Of a stretch of 64,000 nt of DNA, positions 39,560-53,700 are shown piece after piece. A model generated the notes under the pieces. That model was not told the origin of the DNA and searched no databases. It worked only from the letters and a program-made list of their open reading frames with translations. Source of the stretch: Epiperipatus broadwayi (Eukaryota; Animalia; Onychophora); assembly GCA_028023455.1 (NCBI GenBank), contig JAQFVV010000005.1, forward strand, positions 5,456,001 through 5,520,000, written 5' to 3'. Numbering within the stretch: position 1 is the first letter of the stretch; each line of letters starts with the position of its first letter. Both the position numbers and the translations under genes were made by a program.

Positions 39560-40230
39560 AAAATCAAAAATACAATTGTTGACAAAAGCATTTCCTATTT
39601 GATGTCACAGAAATTGTCAGCTAATTTTCTGCTAAAAATCAAATACAAACTTATGCAACCCAGTCAGCAGAGTAACCCAGTCAGACTAGATTCAATGTTA
39701 AAATTACTGATCAAAAAATCCAAATACTGGTCATTGGATGTCAGGCTAGTACATTTCATTGTCAAATTCAGTCTGGATGCTCTTCCAACAAACCAATTCT
39801 TGGGAGATCATAGGGGATTTAAAAGCATTTCTCCCAATTGCCCATCATGCAGCCAAGAAGAGGAGAATATTGATCATTTTATTTCTCATTGTTCAAAATT
39901 CAGAGACATGGAAATGAAACAGATCTAGTATTAGGTCGGGATCCTCTCAGACACTGGATATCAGCAAGGCACTGAGAACTTGGGATTTGCTATAATCCGA
40001 ATGAAAATCATGATTCTCTTTGTAAAGTGGCAGACCAGGTGTCACAGTGTTTTTCGAGACAACTTGGCAAACCCATGGTTAGTCTTCAAAGAACACTTTT
40101 GCAGTCTGAAAACCAGAGACTATCTTATAACTTCCCCCAGACATGTAGGAACAGATTGCTCTGGATGAGCCGACAATTATACCTCTTAAACTGACATCTA
40201 AGTTGTAAAAAGATATATCAACTGAAGACA
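39560..40230 (+). mobile_element. L1/Tx1-type LINE 3' remnant with zf-RVT, followed by a purine-rich tract
   Basis: LDALPTNQFL..CPSCSQEEENIDHFISHC and KWQTRCHSVF in track ORFs 39599-39928 and 39980-40168. Confidence 0.82.
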
Positions 40231-43200
40231 GAAGAGAAAAGGAAGGAAGAAGAAAGAAGAGACAAGAAAGAACAAAGATAGAAAAAAGGATAAGGGAATG
40301 AAGTATGAGGAAAAGAAGAAAGAACAAAGACAATACAATACAGATAAAGCCAACTACCAAATGGAAAATGGCTACATGATTTGACGTGGTGTAATCAAAG
40401 GCCAAGATGTAACATGAAACTGCAGAAGATAAAAGAGATATATAAGTTCAAATTAAATTGTAATCAATGTAAATAATGACTAAAGCAAATGTAAATGAAT
40501 AGAGCTATAATCTAATGTAATCTGTATCCCAATAAAAATCAAATGTATTTAAGTTACATACATATAAAACATACATATTAAAAAATAAATATTTAATAAC
40601 TTCACAAATAAATAAAATAAATAACTTTCTGCCTCTATTAATAAAAAAAAAGTTTATTTGCACTGGCATGAACTGTATTTTCTTCTCAGTAATGAATTTT
40701 CTCTACCTTTTGATTACTGCTGACATCTAGACACTAAAATTGGAATTAAAATATTAATCTCTTAAATCGTTTACAACCATAAAAATTGCTAAAAGTTTAA
40801 ATTTTCATGGAAAGTTTTTAACATCAAGTGATCATAAGAGATTTTTGCCAATTAAACCATTTCAGTATGATTTCAGAACAAAGATATCAACTGTGCAAAG
40901 GGTTCATATTTCTGTTTTATATTTTTAATTTTAAGCATACCATTTGATCACCTTCATACTATTTCTATTCTTATACAATTTCCATATTTGTGCATTTTTT
41001 GCTTCTAAAGGTAACCAAAAACAACAAAAATTATGCATTTTTCTCCATCCATTATTTTGTATTTTTTTAAAACTCCTTTTGCTTTATCTAATCATATATC
41101 ACATTTGATTATATAAGTTCTAAAATTAAGTCATTTATACATATAACCAGTAAGAAGCAGTGATAAATTATCTCTGATAATCCAATATTAATGCTTGTTT
41201 ATCCATTGCCTAGTATTACTCTATATGCCTTCAGCTAGAGAGCATATATAGATAAAATCTTACATATGTTAAAAAAAAATGTTATGTATTTCTTCCTTGT
41301 AGTTAGTTTACACTATAGGTCGATTTTTAAAAAAAATAATTTTTCTAATTATTTTCCCTATTTAAAAGTTGAGAAACGTTATATATTAATGTCTGTAAGT
41401 GGATGAATAAAACTTCCTGCTGTATTAGTTTAGAAGGAAGAAAAAGACAAATTATAAAAGTTAATTAACAGTATATACACTGACACATATAAACACACAC
41501 AAAAGGTTTGCAAATTAAACTTCATAAAACTTTGATGTGTTAAATTTGTTCATGTAAGAATGAGGAAATGGCATATTATGAAAAAAAACAAATAGCAAAC
41601 TTAAAATAGTTTTAATTATTTTTTATTTATTCTATATTGGACCTTTTAATATCAAATATTAAAAAAATATTTCATATCTATTCTAAATATATATATATAC
41701 TGGTTATAACATGAGCTAGTATAAACTTTAGCTAAAACAAAACAATTCAAAGTCTTATATAATCTGTTTCAAGAACTGCTTTTCATCACAAACATATATG
41801 ATTAATACACAGTAACAACTATCTTTAATACATGTATAAATAATTTTGCATTATCTTTAGGTAATACAAGATCATTAGATCAGAAGCCAAGATAATTTCA
41901 ATTCAGGAAAATTAGCATCTGTTTCAAGACTAGCTTTTCATTATGTCTAAATACCTAGTTAAAATACTAGTAAAATGTGATATTAATATCTACAAAAATA
42001 AATACTGTCATTTTCTTATGATCCAATTTTCTATTATGTTTCCACCAATGATATCTGAGCATTATCCCCTATATAATCAACACTGATATTATCTTGAAAT
42101 AGTCTAAGATACAAATAAAAAAACTTTATCTTTTGTCTTCTAGATTTACCATAAGCTTATGATTATCCTATTCTAGCCATTCAAAAGATGATGTATAATA
42201 ATAATAGTATATCTCAACCTTTTTCAAAATGTGGTCATCTTTTTTTATCATATTATTTTCAATAGTTTCTTCTAAATGTTAATAATATAAAATTGGATTC
42301 CTCTTAAAATAAATGAGACATAAATTCAAAAGATATAACTTAAAATTCAAAAGCAAGAGAAATTAATATTTCATTTTTCATTTCCTTCTCTCTTTTTTTT
42401 TTTTTTGTTTTTATTCATTCATTTTCTTTCAGTTTAATTGTTAAAGCTCATGTTTTTTTTACCTCTTTGAGAATTCCGTATAATATCATATCATCTCTAG
42501 GAATTCATATACCGTAGGTTAAAAATCACTAATCTGCGAAATATGCAACAGAATAACCCAATTAATTTTTGATTTAGTAATTTTCAATAAACTAAAAGAG
42601 TTTTTTCAACTTATTAGAAAAATCTTCAACAATTTTTAACTTAGATAGTTATTATCTCAAAAATATAAATCAATATAAATTTTTTGGTAGCTATTAAGAT
42701 AGAAAAGTAGATTTAAAAGTTGAAAACCAGCATTGACCTCTATGTGTTGAAACTAAAATATTTTCTCATATAACATCTTTGTTGGACTGAATAAGTGAAG
42801 CAAATGGATGCTATGAGACATTCTAAAAATATTTTATGGTGAACTATGAGCAAGATTTTTGTCAGTTAGTAAGAGCCTACTTACATTATAAAGGTTATTT
42901 TGAAAATACTCTAAAGATGTAAAATAGAGATTGTATTTATTAGAAAGATATAGTCAAGTATAGAATACGATAAAGAGTAGCCAATTTTGAACAAAGGGAA
43001 AACATCTTTCAAAATAAAATTAAATGTTTATATTGCAAATTATCAAATAAACAGACTAAAGACCAACAGTCATACATGTAGACTTATATATGTTTCATGG
43101 ATTGCTTTGTATAATCATCACAAGATTATTTTTAAATTTTATATTCTTGTTTTCTTTTTTTTTCTTTAAGTTTGAATAATTAAGCATGTGATTGTCAATG

Positions 43201-44189
43201 GAAGTATAATATCAATAGCCAAAATAATTATGTTAAAAATAAGGTATATTTGTTCTAAGACAAACTGTTTTTTTTTTCATTATAGCTAACTTTATTTTCA
43301 ATATCTAAACTCTTGGTTAAACTTTGCCCAAGCAGTTATCACAATAACCAAATAAATATTTTACTATTTGTTTCAAGATTTGTTATATACTCTATATGTG
43401 ATTTCATATACAGCTTTCATCTATTCCAAGACTATTATTTATTATAAGCAACTTTATATGCAGATGCCTAACCTTATCAGTCAACTTTATTAAAGACACA
43501 TCAAACATCTTTCAAAACTAACTGATTTCTCATAAAATATCTTATAAAATTTATCTTAAGTTAATTGAATCTTATATAGACTATATAAAAGTATTTTAAA
43601 ATAACAAAATAAATATACATTTTCCATAAGGGTTCTCAAAATTGTACAATCTTATATATGAATTTTCAAACATTTTTTTTTTTTTGTAAATTTATAAAAA
43701 TTTCCTAACATAAAAGTACTTTGATAATGAAAGAGTCAAATAATGACACTTTCAATATTTAGGCTTATCTATATAAATAAATACTATCTGAGTGTGCAGT
43801 AATGAATAAAACACTACTTAGAAAGAAAATAATGTCAAAATTAATTGATGTTTCTCAGATACATTGTCCTGAGTCATATCTCTATTTAATAACTATTAGA
43901 TAATAAATCATTTCACCCAGAAGCTTTTAAAACTTCAACAACTTCTGATTGTAAACCACATTCCTTTAATGTTTATAAAATTGTCTACTATAATTACTTA
44001 TGAAATATAAAACAAAAACAATGTAAATGCACTGACAATTATCATATGACTATATAAAGATCTGGCTTGAATAGATTTTTATTTCAGTCTTTAATTGATT
44101 TTAATTATTCCAGCATTTTGAATCAATGTTGTCCATTTTGCCATTTGTGATATCTTTTTTTTTATTATAATAACTAACAATAGTCCTAA

Positions 44190-45345
44190 ACATTGAATTG
44201 AAGGTTCTTTAGTATTTTCCAACCGATGACGTATTACCCTGAAGCCATATCAGTCTGATCTTCAGATCTTTAAGTTAACGTCTCCAAGTGATTTGCGGAC
44301 AAATGCAATCGCTAAAATTTGTCCGCAGATGTTAAAGATCGCAAGATCAGACTGACATGGCTTCAGGGCAATACATCATTGGTTGTAAAAAATAAAAAAT
44401 AAATGTACATGCGTGCGTCAAAATAATTTAGAAATTAAAAGTAATTAAGTGTAAGTTTGATAATTTAGAAATTGAAAGTAATTAAGTGTAAATTTTATAA
44501 TTGTACAAATTTTTTTTTGTAAATTTAAAATAAATAGACAAATAAAGAACACTTTTCCTGATTATCTGGCATTATTAATGGTGACCTGGACAATAACTTA
44601 ACACATATTCTATATTACGAATTTTTATAACAAAAAAAAAAAAAAAAATCAAAAAAATGTACTTGTGTGAAAAATTATCTTATCTTTACAACATTTCCGA
44701 TGGTATTTAACTCAATTATTCATGTTAAAAATATATAAAACAAACAATTTGAAAATGTGTCTCATTTTTTGACTAATAATTAGAAAAGTCAGCGCATAGC
44801 GCTGGAATGGGCGGGGGGCTCCGATGTCTTTGACGGGTTGAAGGCACGGCCAATACATTGCTCTAGTCTAAAAAAACCTATATTATGATTTACAAAACCA
44901 CCGACAATGCCAGACATTGTATTACTCTCATAGCTGTAATTTTTATAATTGCAGATGAATTTAAAAAAAAAAAAATTCTGTATAATATAATTCAGAAATT
45001 AAAAATAAAATTAATTAATTGTACTTTTTATAATTACAGAAGAATTTATAAAATAATATACATCAAAATGACATTATTTATTACAAACAAAAATGAAAAT
45101 GACTTACAAATAGTGTCCATTGCGGTGGACTAGTAGCAAAATCACAACTGACAAAATTTCCCAAAGCTCTTTCCGATTTTTAAATCTTGCACTTCAAAAA
45201 AATCTAAAAATTGGATTAATCATGTCAGTGACTTGGTTGCCATGACAACATTGTCATGTTATCATCGACGATGTCTACAGGAAGGAAAATTGGTAAGTAT
45301 AAAACGTCATCGGTTGAATAATACTAAAGTACCGAATTGAATTAT
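44190..45345. mobile_element. Putative non-autonomous DNA element with nested inverted repeats
   Basis: ~44195-44235 is inverted at ~45298-45340; an internal ~175-bp hairpin spans 44216-44390; a 37-bp tandem duplication lies at 44424-44497. Confidence 0.55.
45236..45249. promoter_or_regulatory. RFX X-box-like motif GTTGCCATGACAAC
   Basis: Fits GTHNYY-AT-RRNAAC; lies in a CpG-retaining patch, 21 nt before ATG...GTAAGT. Confidence 0.4.
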
Positions 45346-45654
45346 ATAAACTTAAGGGAAATGGTACTTATGATTATTAGATATAGGCAGAAAGAAAAGT
45401 GTTTAGAGACATACATAAACTGATGTATCACATAAGCTTACTGTTATTCTATAGTTTTCTCTTTTACTGTCAATTGCTAAATTATTTCAATTCAATCTGT
45501 TTATTTTAATTGTTTTTATTAATTTTTTTCACAATTATTTACAGTTGTTTCAATAGCAAAAAAAATCAAGTTATAGACCACATGACTTAACTTAATAAGC
45601 TTGTGCTACAAATCTAATATAATGAGCACTAAACAAGTTTTTCTGGAAAATGCA

Positions 45655-46213
45655 ACAAGAGAAAGCATTTAAAATCTCTATCTAGAATTATTCCTATCCC
45701 CAAACTGGTTTTGAGAGAATGGCTTGGTAATAGGGCATTAGAATATTCAGATGCTAAGCTCAGCACTTATCTAATATTTAACTATTTAGAAAATCTGAAA
45801 ATTTCAGACATCTGTATATCTTCAAATCTAGCTAACTGACATATAAATAACATATAGATAACATAAGGCTATTAATATATGGTACAGCTGAAAATTATTC
45901 AGACCCATATAGCTATTTAAGTTAGATAGCTGGATTTGAAGACATATAGGTGTCTGAAAATTACAGATTTTCTATTTTAATAGTTAAGTATTAAATAACA
46001 ATTGGGCTTGAGTGGGTATTTCAGATTTAGTGTCTGAATATCCTTACAGATTTTCTATTTTAATAGTTAAGTATTAAATAACAATTGGGCTTGGGTGGGT
46101 ATTTCAGATCTAGTGTCTGAATATCCTAGTGCCTCACTGATGACAGTCATTAGCTTGAAGCTAATTTGGGGATAGGGATAATTCTAGATAGAGATTTTAA
46201 ATGCCTTTCTCTT
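45655..46213. mobile_element. Diverged family A subfamily, head-to-head foldback, with degenerate HHRs (~45695-45735 minus, 46132-46171 plus)
   Basis: CCTCA-CTGATGA..GAAGCTAATT-TGGGGA..CTAGATAGAGATTTTAAATGC matches family A CTAGATAGGGATTTTATGC. An ~82-bp tandem duplication lies at ~45963-46126. Confidence 0.8.
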
Positions 46214-47347
46214 ATGGCATTTATCGGAAAAGCTTGTTTAAAAATATTAGCACATTCATTATATTCGTTTTTTCAATTTATTTTTTTCTATTCCCATTTT
46301 TACAATGGCCATCAGAACCACCTTTTAGTATTTTTTTTTATTTTATATCTTTTCACGTCACAGATCAAATTTCTGCTCTATATAATGTGACTGGTCATGG
46401 ATAATTTTTAGTATTTTTTATAAATATTTATGAAACAAATGCACTTTTGAATTATGTAATTTTTTGCAACTAATCTATTCAATTATTACTTGAATTAAAG
46501 AAAAAATGCAAAAGATTTTCTTGCTCTAAAACTACTTTTCCAGGAATGATATTGACTACCTAATAAATTTTCACTATGATTACTGTGTAATTTTTTTGAC
46601 TTATTAATATGACTTGTTCATTGAAAAACTATGCAAAAAAAGATTATCTTTAAGGTTATGATTGCACTACAGTTATATATTATTTAAGCAAAACTATAGC
46701 TTTTTTTGTTCATTTCACAGACTAAAGACTAATTTAGTCATCTATATTTTATAAAATTTCCAAATCAATCATTCTTTCTATCATTATTTCCAGTGTCTCA
46801 ACAGCAACAAAAGCTAAAATAACAATTATCTATATATTATTCAGTATTTATTCTTCAAATATGATCCACTATTCTAAAAAAATATATATATAATAATTTT
46901 TTTCTAGAAAGAAACAATTTTGTTACACAGAAGAACTAACGTGTGACAAATTTGATTATAGATATATTTAAGAAACAAAATTACTTGTAAGTGAAACTGC
47001 TACCTTTAATATTTCAACCAGAGAACTGGTTTCCATCAGAATGAAATGCAGTAAAATGGTGTATTCAAAAATTACAATTTATTTTGCAACACATAACTTG
47101 TAATTTTTGAATACCGTCATTTACTATATTTCTTTATGATAAAAAACCATCCTCTGGTTGACATATTAAAGATAGCAGTTTCACACATAAGTAATTTTGT
47201 TTCTTATATTTTGGATACATTTTCTCTAGTTAGTTTTTTAAATATATATTATAAAGGACTTGAACTCAGACTATCAAACTTCCCACAGATATCCAATCCA
47301 TCTTATACAACTGATATACATGACCACATAATGTGAGAATGATAAAT

Positions 47348-47400
47348 GATCTCCAATATATGTATTTCATGCTGAATGGCACTCATCAGTTGGTCCAGAT
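47348..47400 (-). ncRNA. Minimal type I hammerhead ribozyme, family B
   Basis: Minus strand ATCTGGACCAA-CTGATGA-GTGC..CAGCAT-GAAA-TACATATA-TTGGAGATC. Confidence 0.82.
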
Positions 47401-47681
47401 AACCATAGCCCACACATATATACCATCACTGCTCAGTTTATATTAAGATAGCAAATATTCACACTTTAATGGACAAGCTTCAATCTTCTCCATTCTCCAA
47501 CTCTTCAGCCATCCACATTAATAATATTGGCATCATCAACGCTTTGAGCATTTCATTCTTGGATTTTCACTGATATGGATGGTTGGAAAGTGGAGAAGAT
47601 TGAAGTTTGTCCAATAAAGTTTGAAGATTTTCTATCTTAATATAAACTGAGCAGTAATAATATATATGTGTGGGAGATGGT

Positions 47682-47736
47682 GATCTGGACCAACTGATGA
47701 GGGCTGGTTCAGCATGAAATATGTATATTGGAGATC
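47682..47736 (+). ncRNA. Minimal type I hammerhead ribozyme, family B
   Basis: GATCT-GGA-CCAA-CTGATGA-GGGCTG-GTT-CAGCAT-GAAA-TATGTATA-TTGG-AGATC. Confidence 0.87.
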
Positions 47737-50700
47737 ATTTATCTTTCTCACATGCATGTGGTCAAGATGGATTGGATAGCTGTGTGTAGTTTAAAAGTCT
47801 GAGTTCAAGTCCCTTATAATTACATAAAGTTTATTATCAAAAATATACATGTATTTAAAAATTATAGATATTAATCCCATGGTCAGTTGCACAAGAACTC
47901 ATATAATGTTTGGCACCAAAATGATAAATAGAACATAACAATTTCATGATGATTTTATAAGTTTTCTTAACTACTAAACATTCAGAAACTTTTAGCCTAT
48001 GAGTTTGCTACTAACACTACTGAGCCAAACTGTTCAGGGTATAGAAACTTTGAAGCATAAATGGTAATATTTTTTTTTGCTCTACAGTGTTTATATTTAT
48101 ATTGTACATAAACACATCAATAAAATTTTTCTTTAACAAATTTTTTATTTTTTTTAACTAAATGTAAAAGTTAATCTTTTTTCCAGATATATGTTTACAT
48201 TTACATTTGCGATTGCCATTGGGGTTGAACTGGAAAAGAGTGAAGCCACTAATAAGTTAAAAGTTTCTAGATGGTTTCCTGACAGAGGAAATTAAAATAC
48301 GTTTTAAAAATACATTATCAAATAATCATATTTGATGTACATTTGGTAAATTACAGAATCAGCTTTCCATTATGCTTTTAAAAGCAGTAATCCCCTCTAT
48401 TTATTATCTTTAGCAAGCATAAGTAATCAAAAATTTGCATATTGCCATCCCCAAACTAATTATTTATGGTTTCTTCAATGAATAGTTTTGAATATAATGC
48501 ATCTTTGCATATAATAATCTTCATAACTTTATAATATTAAGATAATAGCCTGAAATTCAAAAACATTTTTTGAACCCAAGCCAATCTGCTTGAATATGAG
48601 TCATTGAATGATGATTAAAAATTATTTTTTAAAAATAAATCCTTTTTTTTTAGTTTTAAAACCCCATTATAATGGGATTTCTTAACATTGTTTTTAATAA
48701 TAAGATAATAATATCAATTTTAAAATCATGTATTAAGAAATTAGTGTATTATAATAGTAAAAGAGCTTATTAAAGTTTCTAATAGAGCTCTAAAATTAAA
48801 ATGCTAAGATAAATTATATTAAGAGTTGACAAATAATGTTAAATTAACACTGATGATGATCAAAAGTTATTGTTTGATAATAGTTTTCTTTGCTTAATTA
48901 TTCTATATGCATTTCAGCTGAGAACTTAGCATATCCCATCTTGTGACAATATTTTGCATAATTTAATACAATACTAAAATGAATATGTACACCAAAGATA
49001 AAACTCTCTCAATAAAAGCTTAATTATATGGTGATTGAACATCTTCTGAGTGATAAACCATTCATGATAATGAACTGATAATAAAATAATTGAACCATAG
49101 TTGATCACAAAAGCATATTTGGAGCAAATATTTTAAAAATAGTACTAAAATTAAGAGAGTGACATATAACATAAAGACATATAATGAGGAACTATAAGGT
49201 AAAATTAAAATATAACTTCTTTTGATGCTATCATATCAGTTATATATTTTCAAGTAAATAAAATTATATATATATCTAAAATGTCAATATTCTTTATACA
49301 AGATCTTAAATATATATTTGTGACTTTATATATATGAAAATTGTTTTATTTCATACGTTTATATATAAAATATAAATACATTTTTAGCAAACCATTTTTG
49401 TTTTGGCTTTAGTTATAGGATCAACACAATAGTTTATTCAATGTAAATAAAAATAAAGTTTATCTTTATTTATTGTTTGTAAACAATAGTCAGTATTAAT
49501 ACAATTTAAAATGGTTATACAATATAAAAAAAAATTATCTAAGAAATTATCATACAACATATTATATATATATTGATAATACTTTAAGACAATGATAGTT
49601 TAATAAGAGATCTGTTTTGAAATTGAATGATATACCATCAAATTTTCAATAAATGAGACCATGTTAAAGTAAATGCAAATAAAACATTTTATTCCAAGGT
49701 ATGAAACATGAAATGACTATAAGCTTCAAACAAAGGGTCTCAAAATTTAAAACAATTTTACACATGGTTTATAAGGATACCTTGGTCGAATTTTTAGAGA
49801 ATTATCTATCCTTGTTATTCATAGAAATAGAAAACAAAATTAATTTTTATCTATATAAATAAGTCATGTGTCTATAAAAACAATCAATGTGTTTATAGGA
49901 TTAGTTATGAACTAATGGTCTTGATACAATCTTGGTTTTGAATTAATTAGTTCACATAGCATCAAAATATAACAAATACTTACTTAATTAGGTTAAAATA
50001 TTATTAAAACAGAAATTTTTTATCATGATAATAGCATATTTTAAACAGACTGTATGGACAATATATAACTGAAAAAACAGTTCTAAAATATGCATTGTTT
50101 AACAAATCATCTGACTTTCTCTACTTACATTTAACTCCTACAATTAGAAACTGTAATTCATTCCATTTATTCTACTCAAGATCCATCTAATATAATTATA
50201 CTTTAATAAACAATAAATACAACATGGCAGTATTCTATTCAAATATAACAGTACAGTATCCAAAAACTTGAAATATTTGAAAAACAAACATTACAGCATA
50301 ACTCTATCAAAAAATAAAAATAAATCAAAGCAATCATATAAAAATATTTTGGATTTTATGTTATATAATTCGCACAGTAGTAGAAGAAAAAAAGAACCCT
50401 ACAGTTAAAAATTCTTGAATCAAAGCTAAAACTGCTATTTCTAATACTCAATCATCATATAAATTCCCAAGCAAAAATGTCTTATAGGAATAATAAAACT
50501 TAAACTTCAGTAGAATTTGTAAAAAAAAAAAAAAGTATTCAAAATATATCTTTATTAAATATTAAAAGGAATGCTTTTCAGATTAATTCTTTTACTGAAA
50601 CAATTTATAAAAACTCTATCCCAATAGTGGACAAAGCTATTAATATGAAAAAAAGGTTCTAAAAGATAAATGCTTAAACTCAATACAATTATTATGAATT

Positions 50701-53700
50701 ATCCATAACATTTAAGAGAGAATAAGATAAAAGGTTTGATAATGCTCAGAGATGCAACTAGTTTGGATTTAAAAAATTCCATTCAATCTATCATCCATTA
50801 GTCACAAAATGTATCAAAACTAAGAATTCTTTTTCAATAAGTAGGTGACTGGAGGAGAAATGACTAATAACAAATAATCAAATCCATATATTAAAAAAAA
50901 ACATTTAAACTTTGAGATAACTAATAAAAGTAAACTATTTATCAAAGAAACACTACATTCATTTTACAATTCTTCATAAGCAAAGTTCTCCATAAGATAG
51001 TGTGAGGTAATGCCCTTTTTAGCCATGAACATGACCTGCGTTTCAAATACACGTTGAGTGAAACTTGAATTTTTAGAATATAATCAAACATAAAATTTTC
51101 CTTAGACAGATAGCGCATGGTAAATGGGTATCTGGCTATTTTTAGCTAGAGGTAAAAGTTTTGGGGTACTGTGGGTTGAACTGATAATTGTCAATGCACT
51201 GATTGCAAAAATAAAAAAATACAACTATAAGACCCTCACTTCTCTTACACATGCAAAGCATTGTATTATCTTTAAAGTTCATATTTTCATTCAGTCATCA
51301 AAATATAAGACAATTCTATCACTGCTGCATGTCACAATTAAGAATTTGAATTCTTACTGTACATAAATATAACTTTAAAAGTGCTACCATTACTATATAA
51401 AAAAAGTATGAAAATAATTATATTTTGGTATTGCAATATGAATACTAGTTTTTAAAATGAACTAAAAATTTTCTTTGTTTTATTCCTCCCACTTGCTTAT
51501 TTTTTTAAGGCTGAATCTGCTACTTCAATAGGACCATTAGATGCAATAGAAATTTAGATCTTGCATTTGAAATTTTATTTTACAAGGCTTTTCAAAAAAA
51601 AAATTGAACATGATTAAATTATTCTCCATTTCTCCAATTATTATGACTAACAGACAAATCTATGAATGTCTTTGCTTCGGTCTATGTATTGATCTCTTTC
51701 TTTTAGAAAAATCACCAAAATGCAATTTTGTAAAGAAAAAACTATCATTTGGTCTTTTGATCTGCCTTAGAATCATCTTAGCATCTTCTTCTGCACATCA
51801 CATTACATGCTATTTCTGAAATGGATACTTTATTCTATTATATAATGTTATAATATTGTAAAAACATTTCACCTTTTTCTTTTACTTTGAATTTTTATAA
51901 GTAAATCTTAATAGATAACTTTCAATTTTTTTGATGTTCTTTTATAGCTTACAAAATAAATGATAAATTTATCTAAATATATATTTCACCCAAAACAGAG
52001 TATTTTGTGATTGTTGATCTCAAATAATTAAAGTTTGTACAGCACCACACTGTGTTCATTATTAAGTGATGTTAAAGAGTATTGTTTGTTCTTTAGGCAA
52101 GAATCATAGTCTTTCTCACACCTATCTTCAATTTAAAAAAGTTACATATTCTAATCATATTGCTGAATAATGAATGATTATAGATAATTTAATAGCAAAC
52201 TAATAAAGCTGCATTAGCAATTAAAAGGTGGTGTCTAATTGAAATTTTTATTTTGACATTAAGGTAGGCTAGGTTCTAGTGAGAATGAAAACATTGCTCA
52301 TGCAAAGAGATAAACAATATTGTATTAATCTATTATTATTACCCAGTCTTTTATAATCCAATTTGTTTTAGCATTCTTATTTAAAGCATTATAATTTTAA
52401 TATTAAGCTTTGATGTTTATAATTAACGCTTATAAAATAATAAAGCTTACTGCAGCAATATATGTATAAATATCACAAATTGCATCATTGTTATAAGTGC
52501 TTGCTAAAAAATATTCTCTTGTAGAACAAAACTGTATTAACTATACATATGTATAAAAGAATGGATGGATAGACAAAGAGAGACTGACAGAATTTCAGAC
52601 AAAGAGACAGATACATTGATAGACAGATAAATATATTGTGCAAGTACATGTTTTTTAGTGAGTTTTTATTCATAATAATCATTTTTCAATTAATATTTAC
52701 GTGATTATTTATCTTTCTTTATGAGGCCAGAAATTATTATATTTCATTCAACTTTAAATATATACTTTACATTTAATAATATAATTGAACATTTAATTTC
52801 ATGGCAGATCTTGTAATATTCAAACATAACAATTCATTCAAATAATTAAACTGATTGACTTTTTTTATTCGATTGAGAATTGATTCTTATATCTTTAGCT
52901 CTTGAGTTCACGACTTCATTAGTATGCTTAGCTATGCAAAATTGCAGACATTAAAAAAAGAAACTTATTAATAACTTCTAAAATGCATTTTAACCAAAAA
53001 ATTAATCAAAACTCTACTATCTCTTCAAATGTCATCCACCACTGTTTTTTATTTATTGAGCTATATAATCAGTTATGTAATTAATATATTACAAAGATAT
53101 ATTTTACAATAGCATGAATGATTGCATTTAAATGTTCTTTATTGCTTCATTATTTAACTAAGACATAAGATGTTTTGTAATAAACAAATTCTCAATTGGC
53201 TAGTTTTCAGGGAACTTTTTCGTCAGAAATGCCAAGTTCAATATTTTAGCACAAATCAGCATTATCTTGAATTTTTTTATATTAAATAGATTTTATTTGA
53301 TTTATTTCAAAATGTACTATCAAATGCAATATTTTATAATTAAAAACTAGACATATTTAATAATTTTGTGTATTTCAACTTTCATACTTTGAAATAAAGC
53401 AAGTTAAAACTGCTTAATTTAAAAAAAGAATCAAGTTAATTCTGATTTGTAGTTACTCATATTGGGGATTGGCACAGTTCATAAGCCTTGTATTGTTATA
53501 ATTTACAAATCAAAATTTGGATACTAAATAACATTTTATATTTTTAGTTAAATAAAGAGTTAATAGAAAAAAGTTAAATGCTTCCATTCATAAAATTACT
53601 TTTGTATATTTTCAAAATGATTCTGTGAGACTATATTGAATGTAAGTGAAGTATATCATAATTTATAATATATATACTAATGATTTAATTAATACCCCAT

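Larger units (their letters stand above)
47249..47820. mobile_element. Family B HHR element, head-to-head foldback
   Basis: Left arm ~47249-47516 (minus) and right arm ~47577-47820 (plus) are reverse complements. Confidence 0.9.
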
